Origin: an uncultured Acidimicrobiia bacterium
GTDB lineage: Bacteria > Acidobacteriota > Terriglobia > Versatilivoradales > Versatilivoraceae
NCBI GenBank assembly: GCA_963786955.1
Contig: CAWBAT010000008.1
Location: forward strand, 192,001 to 256,000
Length of the DNA: 64,000 nt
Direction: 5' to 3'
Of this stretch, positions 52,632 through 63,530 are shown one piece after another. The notes under the pieces were generated by a model that worked only from the letters and a program-made list of their open reading frames with translations, was not told the DNA's origin and did no database searches. The translations under genes were made by a program, and so were the position numbers. Within the stretch, counting starts at the first letter, position 1, and each line of letters opens with the position of its first letter.

Positions 52632-54911
52632 TCATGGCATCTCGATCTCAATCCACTCGACCAGAGTTCCGCTCTCCGTCTTTTCGCGCAATGGCACTCG
52701 GAGTTGCCCTTTTTGAACGTCAAGGAGGGTTGTCTTTGTTCCCTGTCGGAAATAGTGTTCCGTCATCTTTGCAGAGGATGCCTTACCTTCCCGCTTCAAT
52801 GTCAATGTGCCCTCCCCAAAGGGCACGACGGCCAAGTGGGAAGCTTGACTGATCCCATCATTAGTTTTTGAGGCCACGACCACCGAAGTAGTCGTTTCCA
52901 ACTGATCGCGGAATTTCTTGGACCCTTTTCCTCCCGTCAACCGGTACTCTCGCAGCGCCGCCATGACGACCTGATCGTTTTCGAACCGGATCCAGGAAGA
53001 ACTATGGGCTCCGCGCACCGGTCCGTAATAGTCGGCATCGATGGGAAGAATTGAGAAAGTTTCGGACAGTCGGAGAGTTTCCCTCAAGCCATTGAACTTG
53101 GCCACACGCTCCGGCGTGGCCAAGCCATGCGGATCCGGCCCGGAGAAACTTCCTAAGGATCCAAGGGTCCCAATGGGAGCTGAATCAAACCAGATCTCGG
53201 GCGAAGTGAGCCAGTCATAGCCGCCCGAACCCCAGGTTGGCATGCCGATCTCACCCAGGAGACTGCTGAAGAAGAAACGGCGATTGGACTCCAGATCGTA
53301 TTCTCCCAGGCTGATCATTAGGTCGTCCGGACTATGCACGTCGATGTAATCGATAAGCAGCGGCGAAAGGGAGTAGTACATGACCACGATATCGGGATTC
53401 TCCTCGCGCATGGCCTTAACCACGATTTCGAGACCCTTGAGCAGAATCCGTTCACCAGCCCAGGTCATATCCTTCGGTGCCGCTTCATCCAACACCGGGA
53501 GTTCGTAGCCGAAATCAAACTTGATGAAATCGGGGTTGTAACGTTTGACAAATTCCTTCGCCAATCGCCTGATCACTTCTTGAACCGCCGGCTGGGTGAA
53601 ATCCATGATATGAAATGGATGAGACTCTATCGGAGAGGTCTGCCGAATCTCAAATGCCGTACCATCTGCTTTTCGCAACATGTGGGCTTTAGTCAGCCCC
53701 AATTCGGCGGGATCCTCTAAACGCATAAAGGCTGACCATAAACCGACGTAGCGACCATCCTCACGGATTCGCTTCAAGGTGTCATCAAAATGAGGAAATC
53801 GTTTTGGATCATGGCGGAGATCGCCGTATTTTTCTTCCCAGAAGCCATCCACCACGAAATTGTCGACTTTGATGCCGGAAGCAATCATTCCTTCATAAAT
53901 ATCGTTCAAAGTGTTTTCGTTAAAATTATCTGGGTGTTCCTCTCTTGCGCACTGAGCCCCCCAGGTATCGAACGAAGTCGCCAATGCGATCTTGTTCTTA
54001 CGTGCTGAATTGACTTTTTTCCGGATCACGCCGGCTTTCAGCAAACCACGGTAATACCGCCGAATCGCTTCAAAATAGTTGGGACCCACGGTCCACAAAA
54101 GCTTACAGCCCAGAATCAAATGCCCCGGGCCGCGCAGATGCCCCCAGAGATCCCCGCGGTAATTGACATGAAGGCTGTAATGGTTGCGTGCTGTATCGAA
54201 AAAGAGATCCCCGTTGGGCAAATCGGCCAGCCCGCAGCAAAAGCTGTCCAGAAACTCCCCTTCGGCGTTGGTAGGCTCGAGCGGAACGCTGGGCGTTCGC
54301 TGAAAATCGTAAGGAGACCGGTGAAAACCGCAAAAGTAGTGTACCGGTAACCCCCACTGTTGGAGGAATCGCGGAGATTCCAGGTAGCCTCTTCCCAACC
54401 AGTAAGTCTCGGCCAGTCTCATATTCATCATTTTGTCGACGGGGAAAACGGGATTCATGGTGGAGCACTGCATGATTCCGGGAAGAACGAAATAGTCACT
54501 CGTCAGGCAGGGAGCGGTGCCCTCTCCATTCCCCATAGAAAAGTAATGGAGTCTGACGACATCCTCCGCGGCTGTAGAGTCATATTCAATCGGGTCTAGC
54601 CAGAACCCGTCTTGTTGAAATCGCCAAGTCATCGATAACCTAGCGCGACCATTGACCTCTGTATAATGGATCGTCAATCCATTCCCGTTGATCTCATGTC
54701 CTGAATGTTTCCCCGAGTGACAACGTGGAGATCCCCTCTGGCCGACCGTTTGGACGACAACCGCAGGCTGTAGTTTGCCGGTCACAATGGGCAATCCATG
54801 CTTGTCCAGTAATCGCCACTCATCATTTTCAATTCTCCACTCCCAGATGTAATCGTTGCCTTCTGCCCTTACGGTTCCCTGAAATTCTTTCGCTTGGACT
54901 GAATCCTTCAT
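52632..54911 (-). CDS. Clan GH-D-like TIM-barrel protein, paralogue of 42419-44800 without signal peptide
   Basis: Long shared blocks: DLWGHLRGPG, FDTWG, FIKFDFGYELP, MREENPDIVVMYYSLSPL, NRRFFFSSLLGEIGMPTWGS. Confidence 0.75.
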   Translation of the reverse strand: MKDSVQAKEFQGTVRAEGNDYIWEWRIENDEWRLLDKHGLPIVTGKLQPAVVVQTVGQRGSPRCHSGKHSGHEINGNGLTIHYTEVNGRARLSMTWRFQQDGFWLDPIEYDSTAAEDVVRLHYFSMGNGEGTAPCLTSDYFVLPGIMQCSTMNPVFPVDKMMNMRLAETYWLGRGYLESPRFLQQWGLPVHYFCGFHRSPYDFQRTPSVPLEPTNAEGEFLDSFCCGLADLPNGDLFFDTARNHYSLHVNYRGDLWGHLRGPGHLILGCKLLWTVGPNYFEAIRRYYRGLLKAGVIRKKVNSARKNKIALATSFDTWGAQCAREEHPDNFNENTLNDIYEGMIASGIKVDNFVVDGFWEEKYGDLRHDPKRFPHFDDTLKRIREDGRYVGLWSAFMRLEDPAELGLTKAHMLRKADGTAFEIRQTSPIESHPFHIMDFTQPAVQEVIRRLAKEFVKRYNPDFIKFDFGYELPVLDEAAPKDMTWAGERILLKGLEIVVKAMREENPDIVVMYYSLSPLLIDYIDVHSPDDLMISLGEYDLESNRRFFFSSLLGEIGMPTWGSGGYDWLTSPEIWFDSAPIGTLGSLGSFSGPDPHGLATPERVAKFNGLRETLRLSETFSILPIDADYYGPVRGAHSSSWIRFENDQVVMAALREYRLTGGKGSKKFRDQLETTTSVVVASKTNDGISQASHLAVVPFGEGTLTLKREGKASSAKMTEHYFRQGTKTTLLDVQKGQLRVPLREKTESGTLVEWIEIEMP

Positions 54912-54943
54912 TGCCCCTCCAGCTCTATTAAGTTGTGAAGAAA

Positions 54944-55020
54944 TTGTAGCGGCGCTTTATGAGCGCCGGCCAAGCCGTTGAAATGGAAAGGGGCACGGCC
55001 GTCACAGACCGCCGCTACAA
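54944..55020. repeat. GTAG-type REP doublet
   Basis: TTGTAGCGGCG ... CGCCGCTACAA inverted ends, each with an internal hairpin. Confidence 0.75.
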
Positions 55021-55480
55021 CCAATCGTTTCACCCCTTCCACGCCCTGGGGACGGATGGGAAGGATCGAGGTTTGAGTTGAGTCAATGTGGTTGGATCGT
55101 ATCATGGGTTCAGAATCTCAAAGTGTTTGGGGTTTTATTGCTTAGGCGTTTTCAGATCGCGGTCCCACGAAAGCCAGACATAACTGGTCTAACTTCAGCA
55201 ATAATCGCTCCAAATGAAAGAACGCTCAAAGCGTATTCCTGTCTGAACCAGGTCTGACCGTAAAAATCACAATGCACGCGATTTAACCCAAGATTATGGG
55301 TGAAATCGTCCAAAACAAGGTGAGGAGAAATCTGCCGAGGTTGCAAATTGGGGCGGAGGGCAGGGAGGGAATACACGAATCAGGCTAACCTGCGTCTGTA
55401 AGGACAGAAGCAGCTATGGACATCCCGTGACAGGAGTCTGTCCAGGATCACCGGATCTAAAACTCACCATGGACTACCGC

Positions 55481-55777
55481 TCAGGGCATAGTGGAGGTGC
55501 TTAGGCCGTAAAGTCCGCGGTATATTACAATGCCCCCGATGACGAGGAGCAGTCCTGCCGATGCAAACCCGAACCCCTTGGCGTAAGTCGTAATCCGTTT
55601 GACCTTGTCGATGACTTCCCGCTGTTCCTTTTCGAAGCCTGCCTCGGCATCGTCGAGGAAGATCTGGTCATCTTCTTGCATTCCCACCAGCGATTTCCAG
55701 ATCATGAGGCCAACGAAAACGGTTGTAATCACTCCCCAGATAATCAAGAGCAAAGTTACCGGAGTGAAACCACTCAT
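55481..55777 (-). CDS. Small two-TM membrane protein
   Basis: GGAGG RBS; two hydrophobic helices around an acidic EDDQIFLDD loop. Confidence 0.7.
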   Translation of the reverse strand: MSGFTPVTLLLIIWGVITTVFVGLMIWKSLVGMQEDDQIFLDDAEAGFEKEQREVIDKVKRITTYAKGFGFASAGLLLVIGGIVIYRGLYGLSTSTMP

Positions 55778-56075
55778 GGGCTTACCTCCTGTTGTTCTTT
55801 AATTGTTTAACATCCTGAAGCAGGTGAAAGCGAATGTCAAGTGAGGCGTATCATTTTCATAAGCCTGCAATAGTATTGCCATGTGGCAATAACTTTGCTC
55901 GACAGTCCATGAACCTCCGGGTTCGGTCCTAAAAACAGCCCAAGTCGAAATGTGAATCGGATTCGACTTGGCCAGCGGTGAATTTATCTTCTGATGTAAT
56001 CTAAATTCCAGCAATTGTGAGTCAGCGGGAAAGCGGCAAAGACTTCGGCTTCAAAGGCCAACATGGAGGAGGACG

Positions 56076-58733
56076 ATGAAAAGAAACGTAACACGGAGGG
56101 ACTTTCTGCAAGCTAGCCTGCTCGGTGGCGCTGGGGTATTGATTGGGTTGCCTCGGACCGGGTTCGGAGCCGGGAACTCTGATTCCGCAAACGGGATCTG
56201 CGTCACGTTAGCAAACCATTGGAGCTACATCGGGATTGGATGGCAGTTGGGAATTGAGTCTAACGTCCTTTCCGTGACGGACGCAATGGAGATGGCAGAC
56301 CGCCCGCCGCATGTGAAGACCTGCATCAATCTGGATGCACGGGCGTACGAGTTTATGGCCGAGAAGTTCCCAGAGGTCACGGAAAGGCTGAAGAAGTACC
56401 TGGCGGCGGGTAAGGTGGAATTAATCGGGGGAACATACGGACAGCCATTGGGGACCATGTTCAGCGGCGAATCCAATATCCGGCAAATCGTGGTTGGGCG
56501 GGAGACAATCCAAAAGGCATTAGGGTATGAGATGGTCACGTTCCTGGAGGAAGAGGAGTTCACGCATCCGCAGATTCCGCAGATTGCAATGGGAGCGGGT
56601 TTCAGGTATGCAAGCCTCGCCCAGGTGGACACCTGGGGCAAAGCCGGGATTCCCATCGTGGAGCTTGTCTCCTTCAATTGGAAAGGCACTGATGGAACGA
56701 CCATCCCGACGACCCCCAAGAACTCGCTTTATTCGGGCTGGTCCGCCGATCCGAAAGCTTTTGCTGCCACCCTGGCTTCTCCAGTATTTCAAGAAACTCC
56801 AAGCGCTCGGTAAACCTCTTGTGTTTGCTTGGGAAGAGTTCGGCTGGGAACCTCACGATGAGCCGGCCTACTTGACCGGCCCGCAGAAGTATCAGAAATT
56901 CGTGGAGCAGTTTCCGGTCGAGTTCGTGACGCTAGCGGAATATATGGATAAGTATGGTAAGAATCCGCGGGAGACCGTTTATCTGAACATGGATTCTTGG
57001 AAGAAGCTGCTGACCTGGGGGCTGGGCGGGGATCAATTGCGGATTCTCGATCGGAAAGTCGAAGGAATCCTGCTGGCCGCCGAGCGATTTGATGTGGTGG
57101 CAAGCGATTTAGGAGCAAGAAGCCAGGCGGGGGATTTAACCAGAGGGTGGAAGAACCTGCTGGCATCGCAAAGCCATGATGTGTCGTTATGTGAGTACTC
57201 ACGGTGGCAGGGAGATCGCATGGCGCCACTCGACCGGTTAGAGGATTACCACAATTTTACCTGGGGGGGCATTGGCTACAATCATCTCGACGCCGCACTG
57301 AAAGATGGGAAGGCAGTGCTGGATGCCTCACTGGATATGGTCGTGAAGAGGATTGGTTCACAATCAGGGAAACAGGGTCAGAAAGTCGCCACCGTCTTTA
57401 ATCCGAGTGGCTGGGAAAGGACTGAAACCGTGACCACCGGACGGATTTACCCGCTGCCGGATAAGATGAAGGGAGTGGTCGTCAAGGATTCAGCGGGACG
57501 GGTGATGCCATCGCAAGTAATCAAACGCGAGGTGAATGGCGAGCAGAACCTGGTGACTGGGGAAGTGGCATTTCGAGCTGAGAAGGTGCCGAGCCTCGGT
57601 TATGACACCTACTATCTCGAATTCATGTCTGAAGAGGTGGCTGGCGCGAGCACGGAACTCCGGGTAGATACAGTCAATCTGACGATGGAAAACTCACTGG
57701 TGAAAGTGAAGCTGAATCCCAAGACAGGGGCGGTCAGTAGCTTGGTCGATAAACGCACGGGTCAAGAGATGCTGAACGCGCAAAAAAGTGCATTCCCGGT
57801 TTTTAAAGGAAGGGCTAATCCTGAATATCGCCTGCGTATCCGGGAAAAAGACAATGTCGAATTTGACAGTTCAATTTCCCAGGCTGAAATTCGTTGGATT
57901 GAAAAAGGGCCCCTCCGCGCCACGGTCAAAGCCCGTCACAACTGGCCACTCTTGAAGTTCGAAACCTACGTGACCCTGTATGAGAGCGTCCCCTATGTCG
58001 AGGTCACAAGCCGGGTGCTGGCCGACGTCCCTCCAGCGGCCGACGCAATCGATGAGAACAATCGGTTTCCCGCAGAAATCAGGGAAGGTTACTGGTTCTC
58101 CTTTGCGCCCGGATTCCCGATTTCTTCGGTTGTTCGAGATTTCCCTCTAGCGATCGAGGCTACTGAAAAGAATTATTTTCACGCCTTGACCTTTGTGGAC
58201 TTGATTGGAAAGGATTCCGGGCTTCTCGTCCTGCACCCTGGGACCCAGTATTTCAAACGGGACTCGAGCGGAGTGATTTCAAATTTGGTGATGAGAGAAT
58301 GGGAATCCTATTTTTCCAAGGAATTTGGCTGGCCCCGTTATTCAGAATACCGTCATGTCTTGCTGCCTCATAGCCTGAATTTCACAAATGCAGAACGGTT
58401 GCGGGCGGCCGAGCAGTTCAGTCAGAAGATGATCACGGTGGTTGGGGACCCTCAAGCTGGAAACCTTCCGAAGCGGAATGGTTTTTTAAGCATGAGCCCG
58501 GAGAGCGTGCAATTGTTGGCTTTGCGAAAAAAAGAAAGTGGAGGGACAGAACTCCGCGTCGTCGAGGTGGAGGGTCGAGAGATGCCGGCGAATATTAAGT
58601 CTTGGCTGGGACCCTGAGCAGTGCAGTGGAAACAAACTTATTGGGGAAAAAAGTGGCGGAAGCCTCCTGAAGCGGCAACAAACTGAGCTTCCAAATTCAA
58701 CCCTGGCGAGTCCGGACCTTCGAGCTGACATAG
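56076..58733 (+). CDS. Tat-exported GH38-like protein (frameshifted near 56770 and 58600)
   Basis: TRRDFL motif; GG.Y.QP, GESNIRQ..G, PQI, W.G.DG, QSHD, VFNP..W.R, VP.LGY and GP.RA. Confidence 0.75.
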
Positions 58734-58888
58734 GACCATCCAGAACACATATCTGTTGAGAAGCTTGCTCCCAATAGCAATATGAAGAGAGTTATCTCGC
58801 CCCCCAGACCATGTTTTGGAGGATGAACCACAGTCAAGCAATGCGCTGAGGTGTGTCTTCATGGTGAACTGTTGTTGCTTAAGAACCG

Positions 58889-61800
58889 GTGCTCATGAAG
58901 GGGTCCGCTTCCCACCTGATATTGGAAGGTTGCGCGCTAATGTTTCTCTTTTCCAGTTTGCTACTGCTCCCACGGGCCGCGCATTTCACCCGACGATCCA
59001 AGGTGAGGGTGGAAAAAATCGAACCCACATCGCTGTTTCCAAAAGTTCGGGAAGGGGAACCATTGCGGCAGAGAGCGATCCTTTACCTGAACAACTCGGC
59101 GGCCCCCCTGGCGCTCGTAGCCAAAATCACCTTTGGGTCTTCTGCTGTGTACACTGAGGAGCTCGGCGAAGTGCCAACCGGCAAGTCCACCAGGCCTATT
59201 TATCTTGCGGACATCTCATTACCCACTTTATTAAAAGTGCAAGTACTGCAAAAAAGCAGTGGGCAAATTCTTGCCGGGCAGGAGGTGATCTGGCAGCCGC
59301 AAAAGAAATGGACCGTCTATTGTGTCTCGTACTCCCACCACGACTTGGGCTTCGGAGATTACCCCCATCGGTTAAGGACTACCATCCGTCACGCCAATAT
59401 CCGGTTGCCACTGCAATTCTGTCGTGAAACTGATGACTGGCCTAAAGACGACCAATATCGCTACATGATCGAAACAGGAGAACCCATTACGAGTTTCATT
59501 AACTTCTTTGGAAAGGAAGAGGCCAAAGAATTGGGGCGCCGGATCCGCGAGGGACGCATCCAGATTGGGGGACTCCATAATACGGCAAGCACCGAACAAC
59601 TCAGCCATGAACTTTTAGCGCGACTTTTCTACATTTCGGGACGGCATGCTCCTGACCTGCTTGGATCTCCAAAGGGGAAAACAGTGCAGCAGGATGACGT
59701 GATCGGGTTGACCTTGCCCTTGGCCACTTTTGCCAAAGAGGCAGGCTTTGATTACCTTTTCCATGGGTATAACCGGTTGGCAATGCCAAATGTGGATGGA
59801 GTGAAACTCCTTAGCGAGTTTCGGGATCTTGATAGCGAGGTTGGGCAACCCATTTACGCTCCCGGGCGTGAACCCGCATTCTATTGGCAAGGACCGGACG
59901 GGCAATCTTTGCTCGTTCGAGCAACCACCTACGAAAGACATAGCTTGCTTTGGGATCCCTACGATAAGCATCCGTCTGATGATCAGGATCCGGCACGCAT
60001 TGAGCTGCTTGTTAGAAGTCACGAAAAAATGAATTGGCCCTTCAGTTGTTTCCTTTCCCAGGATGGCGGCGACTTTTTGCCGGTGAAGCGTACCATCGCC
60101 AATCGGATTCATAAATGGAACAGCCAGTACAGTTATCCAAAGTTGATCAGTGCCACAATGGATATGTATTTTGATGCCCTCTCCGTGGAACTAAAGCAAG
60201 TGAGCATCAAAACCTTCTCGCTGGACGGAAATAACCAGTGGTCCGATCAGGATGCCACGGATGCACGGCTGTTAGGACGTGCCCGGCGGTTGAATGAGAC
60301 CCTTCCCACTACCGAGAAATTGGCAACCTTTGCCCAAGTACTGACCCCGGGCGGTTATCCTTGGATGGACCTGTATCAGGCCTATCATCGTCTTCTTCAA
60401 TACCATGAGCACACTAATGGGCGTCTTGGTGTAGGAGAGTCATCAGAAGAGTTACGATGGTATGAGACCGAATTGGAAGAAAACCGGGAAATGATTGCGG
60501 AAGCAGAGGAGTTGCAGAATCGAGTCCGCGAGAATGTCCTGGAACGCTTGTCCCGCTTGATTGCACTGCCCTCGAAGCAGAACGTGTTGGTTTTCAACCC
60601 GCTACCGCACACTCGCACCGATGTGGTGACGTCCAAGCGGCTGAAGCTGCCGGAGGGAGCGCTGCTATTCGACGTCGCGTCTGGTAAACAGGTTCATTGG
60701 CAGCGCCTGCCAGATGGGTCGATTATCTTTCGTGCAAGCGACGTTCCTGCCACCGGCTACAGTGTTTACCGTGTCGAGGAAGGCCATAAAGAGGACTTGT
60801 CGCCTGTCCAATCTGCTCTCGCGAACACTATGGAAGGCCGGTTCTACCGGATGCAAATCGACCGCCAAACCGGCGATGTGAAGAGTCTGTACGATAAGGA
60901 GCTAAACTTAGAATTAGTAGAACCGAACGCGCCTCACGGTTTCAACCAATATCTTTATGAATGGGTGAGACTCGTCGACAAAGAAAAGAGTAAAAGAGAC
61001 TGGTATCGGATGACTCAAGCCAATGTGTCCATCGAGCGAGGGCCGGTGGCGGACGTTCTAACCATCAAGGGGAAAGCAACCGGAGCTGAAAACATCGAAC
61101 AGACTGTAATCTTGTATCATGAAACCAAGCAAATCGACTTCGCCATTCATATAGACAAGTCTCCCTACCTGAACAAAGAGGCAATCTATGTGGCATTGCC
61201 TTTGTCGGTCCCAAATTTTTCTATTCATCACGAACTTCCCGGGGCCGTCATCGAGCCTTACCGAAAACAGTTCGAAGGATCCTGCACTGCGCACTATGCT
61301 ATCCGCAGCTTTACAGACCTATCAAACAAGGACTATGGAGTAACCATCTGCCCGATAGAAGGGTCACTGGTTAGCTACGGCCAGCCAACTTCATCCCCGA
61401 TGCTTTGGGTTGGCAAAGAGTTCATATTCAATCGTTCCCAGGAATATCCGAAGAACAGCCGCGTGTATTTATACCTGCTCAACAACATGTTTGATGTGAA
61501 TATACCCGTGGATCAACGTGGGCCGGTGGATTTCCGCTGGTCGCTGCGTAGTCATCCCGGAGACTGGAAATCCGGCAAGGCCGATCAGTTTGGGCGGCAG
61601 GTGAGTCAGCCGCTGCTTGCCTGGCAAGCCGATGGGCCACATGAGGGCACTTGGCCCGCACGGGGGGGCTTCATGAGTGTTGACGCCCCCAATATCTCCT
61701 GCAGCACGATCAAGCCCGCGGAAGCCAATGGCCGCGGGATCATCTTGCGGTTTCATGAAACGGCAGGGATGGAAACCGCTACCCAGGTTTCTCTGCCGGT

Positions 61801-62686
61801 CATGAGCCGAATATCCACTGTTATCGAAACCAGTCTCCTGGAAGACGACCGGCCGTTCAAGTTTTCGGTCGGTCCCGGAAGTACCTTCACGCTGAAGTTG
61901 CGGCCTTTCGGGATTAAGACCATCCGTGTGTTGAGTGAACCGACCTCAGCACTGGGGATTGTCCACACACCACAAGCTTTAGCCACGGCAGATATGCGAG
62001 TGGAATTGACATGGAAAAGTGACCTGGATAAAGACCGACTCAGCCACTTCAACATCTATCGCGATTCCGATGCCCAATGTGAGCCGACCCTGTTGAACTT
62101 AGTCGGACAGACCTCCTCCACTGAGTTCACAGACATGCCTCGGCTGAACTCAGGTGGTTGGATCCGCAATACCCTTGAGCCGGAAACAACTTACTACTAT
62201 CGCGTCGTAGTCGTGGATCGCTGGAACAACCTGGGTCCCCCGAGTGCCGCTGTAAGAGTGACGACCCTCTCGCCGAAACAGAAGAACCTGCCGCCTCTGA
62301 AAGTCGAAGGCCTGCGGGCAATCCTGGTGAGCCCGATCTCGGCACACAATTTTGTCAACCTGCTGTTTCGAACTGCTTGCGAATCGGATGTAGCCAGCTA
62401 CGAGGTCCATCGTTCTATTAACACGGGATTTGTTCCGGACGCCACGACCCTGATAGGAGGAGTCAAGAGCACCGATGTTATTAAGGGATCAGAAGAGTAT
62501 GGCCACACGGCCATTGATTACCCTGTCAAGGCTTTTGATCACGCCATGTTTGCGGATCACACCGTCTTGCCTGGAAAGATGTACTTCTACAAGATCTGCG
62601 CTGTGGACAAAGCCGGCCAAAAAGGGCCGTTCTCATTGGAAGCTTTTGTGAAGACGAAGGTATCGGCATCGTCTCAAAAAAAATGA
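58889..62686 (+). CDS. GH38-like alpha-mannosidase fold protein with C-terminal fibronectin type III-like modules
   Basis: SHHDLGF, FYWQGPDG, YHEHT, VFNPL...R, VPA.GY and KPAE; two Y.Y.V.AVD..N/G FN3-like repeats. Confidence 0.75.
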   Translation: MLMKGSASHLILEGCALMFLFSSLLLLPRAAHFTRRSKVRVEKIEPTSLFPKVREGEPLRQRAILYLNNSAAPLALVAKITFGSSAVYTEELGEVPTGKSTRPIYLADISLPTLLKVQVLQKSSGQILAGQEVIWQPQKKWTVYCVSYSHHDLGFGDYPHRLRTTIRHANIRLPLQFCRETDDWPKDDQYRYMIETGEPITSFINFFGKEEAKELGRRIREGRIQIGGLHNTASTEQLSHELLARLFYISGRHAPDLLGSPKGKTVQQDDVIGLTLPLATFAKEAGFDYLFHGYNRLAMPNVDGVKLLSEFRDLDSEVGQPIYAPGREPAFYWQGPDGQSLLVRATTYERHSLLWDPYDKHPSDDQDPARIELLVRSHEKMNWPFSCFLSQDGGDFLPVKRTIANRIHKWNSQYSYPKLISATMDMYFDALSVELKQVSIKTFSLDGNNQWSDQDATDARLLGRARRLNETLPTTEKLATFAQVLTPGGYPWMDLYQAYHRLLQYHEHTNGRLGVGESSEELRWYETELEENREMIAEAEELQNRVRENVLERLSRLIALPSKQNVLVFNPLPHTRTDVVTSKRLKLPEGALLFDVASGKQVHWQRLPDGSIIFRASDVPATGYSVYRVEEGHKEDLSPVQSALANTMEGRFYRMQIDRQTGDVKSLYDKELNLELVEPNAPHGFNQYLYEWVRLVDKEKSKRDWYRMTQANVSIERGPVADVLTIKGKATGAENIEQTVILYHETKQIDFAIHIDKSPYLNKEAIYVALPLSVPNFSIHHELPGAVIEPYRKQFEGSCTAHYAIRSFTDLSNKDYGVTICPIEGSLVSYGQPTSSPMLWVGKEFIFNRSQEYPKNSRVYLYLLNNMFDVNIPVDQRGPVDFRWSLRSHPGDWKSGKADQFGRQVSQPLLAWQADGPHEGTWPARGGFMSVDAPNISCSTIKPAEANGRGIILRFHETAGMETATQVSLPVMSRISTVIETSLLEDDRPFKFSVGPGSTFTLKLRPFGIKTIRVLSEPTSALGIVHTPQALATADMRVELTWKSDLDKDRLSHFNIYRDSDAQCEPTLLNLVGQTSSTEFTDMPRLNSGGWIRNTLEPETTYYYRVVVVDRWNNLGPPSAAVRVTTLSPKQKNLPPLKVEGLRAILVSPISAHNFVNLLFRTACESDVASYEVHRSINTGFVPDATTLIGGVKSTDVIKGSEEYGHTAIDYPVKAFDHAMFADHTVLPGKMYFYKICAVDKAGQKGPFSLEAFVKTKVSASSQKK

Positions 62687-62792
62687 GGGTTGCACGGTGG
62701 GTGAGGGCCAATCACTTGCGCATTCATCGGGCCTTCTGAGTGAATCTCTACTTTAGCCCAGCAATCAAAACTGAAGGACTAGCAAAAAAAGG

Positions 62793-62841
62793 TTGACTTA
62801 AAAACGGAGTTTGCCGTATAAGTCTACTGAGTTGATAGATT
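62793..62841 (+). promoter_or_regulatory. Sigma70 promoter with overlapping palindromic operator
   Basis: TTGACT-18 nt-TATAAG; AGTCTAC-N7-ATAGATT at 62821-62841. Confidence 0.6.
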
Positions 62842-62859
62842 GAATGAGGTAAATACTCG

Positions 62860-63321
62860 ATGCTCTCCATGAAGGCAAAATATGGTCTCCGGGCATTGCT
62901 TTATCTGGCGAAGCACGAGGGGGAAGGACTGGTCTTGATTTCAGATCTTGCTGAGAAAGAGAACATACCCAAGAAGTTTTTGGAATTAATCCTTCTGGAC
63001 CTTAAGAATCACGGGATTCTTCAAAGCAAGAAGGGAAAAGGCGGTGGGTATTCGCTGGGTCGAAAACCTGCGGCTATCAAGCTTGGGCGGGTGATTCGCT
63101 TACTGGATGGCCCGTTAGCTCCATTGCCTTGCGTCAGTCAAACGGCCTATGCCCCCTGTGATGAATGCGAAGATGAAAAGACTTGTGGCATTCGGCTCGT
63201 TATGAGAGATGTCCGGGATGCAATTGCCAATATCCTGGATAATACGACCCTAGCGGACGTGTTGCAACGCGTCGAAGCGGCTTCAAATAATCCTTATGAA
63301 GCCCTGATGTATCATATTTAG
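62860..63321 (+). CDS. Rrf2 family transcriptional regulator (Cys-rich)
   Basis: K..Y.LRAL..LA, IP.KFLE.IL..L, S..G..GGY.L and C-x8-C-x2-C-x5-C. Confidence 0.92.
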   Translation: MLSMKAKYGLRALLYLAKHEGEGLVLISDLAEKENIPKKFLELILLDLKNHGILQSKKGKGGGYSLGRKPAAIKLGRVIRLLDGPLAPLPCVSQTAYAPCDECEDEKTCGIRLVMRDVRDAIANILDNTTLADVLQRVEAASNNPYEALMYHI

Positions 63322-63337
63322 TTTTTTTTGGTCTATT

Positions 63338-63358
63338 ACACTACTAAAAAAATAGAGT
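63338..63358. promoter_or_regulatory. Second copy of the putative Rrf2 operator
   Basis: ACACTAC-N7-ATAGAGT, same 7-7-7 layout as 62821-62841. Confidence 0.55.
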
Positions 63359-63530
63359 AAATAGTGTATTGGCAATAGACCTCTCTTGAGCAAGCTTTAA
63401 ATGAAGTGACCTTGGAGTAAAGTGACGAGATAGCACGGGAGTCATTTTGAAAATTATTTCGGCGCTCAAAAGCACTCGCTACCGGTCGTAGAATTTGTCA
63501 TTTACACCTCCAAATTGGAGAGGAGTTCTT

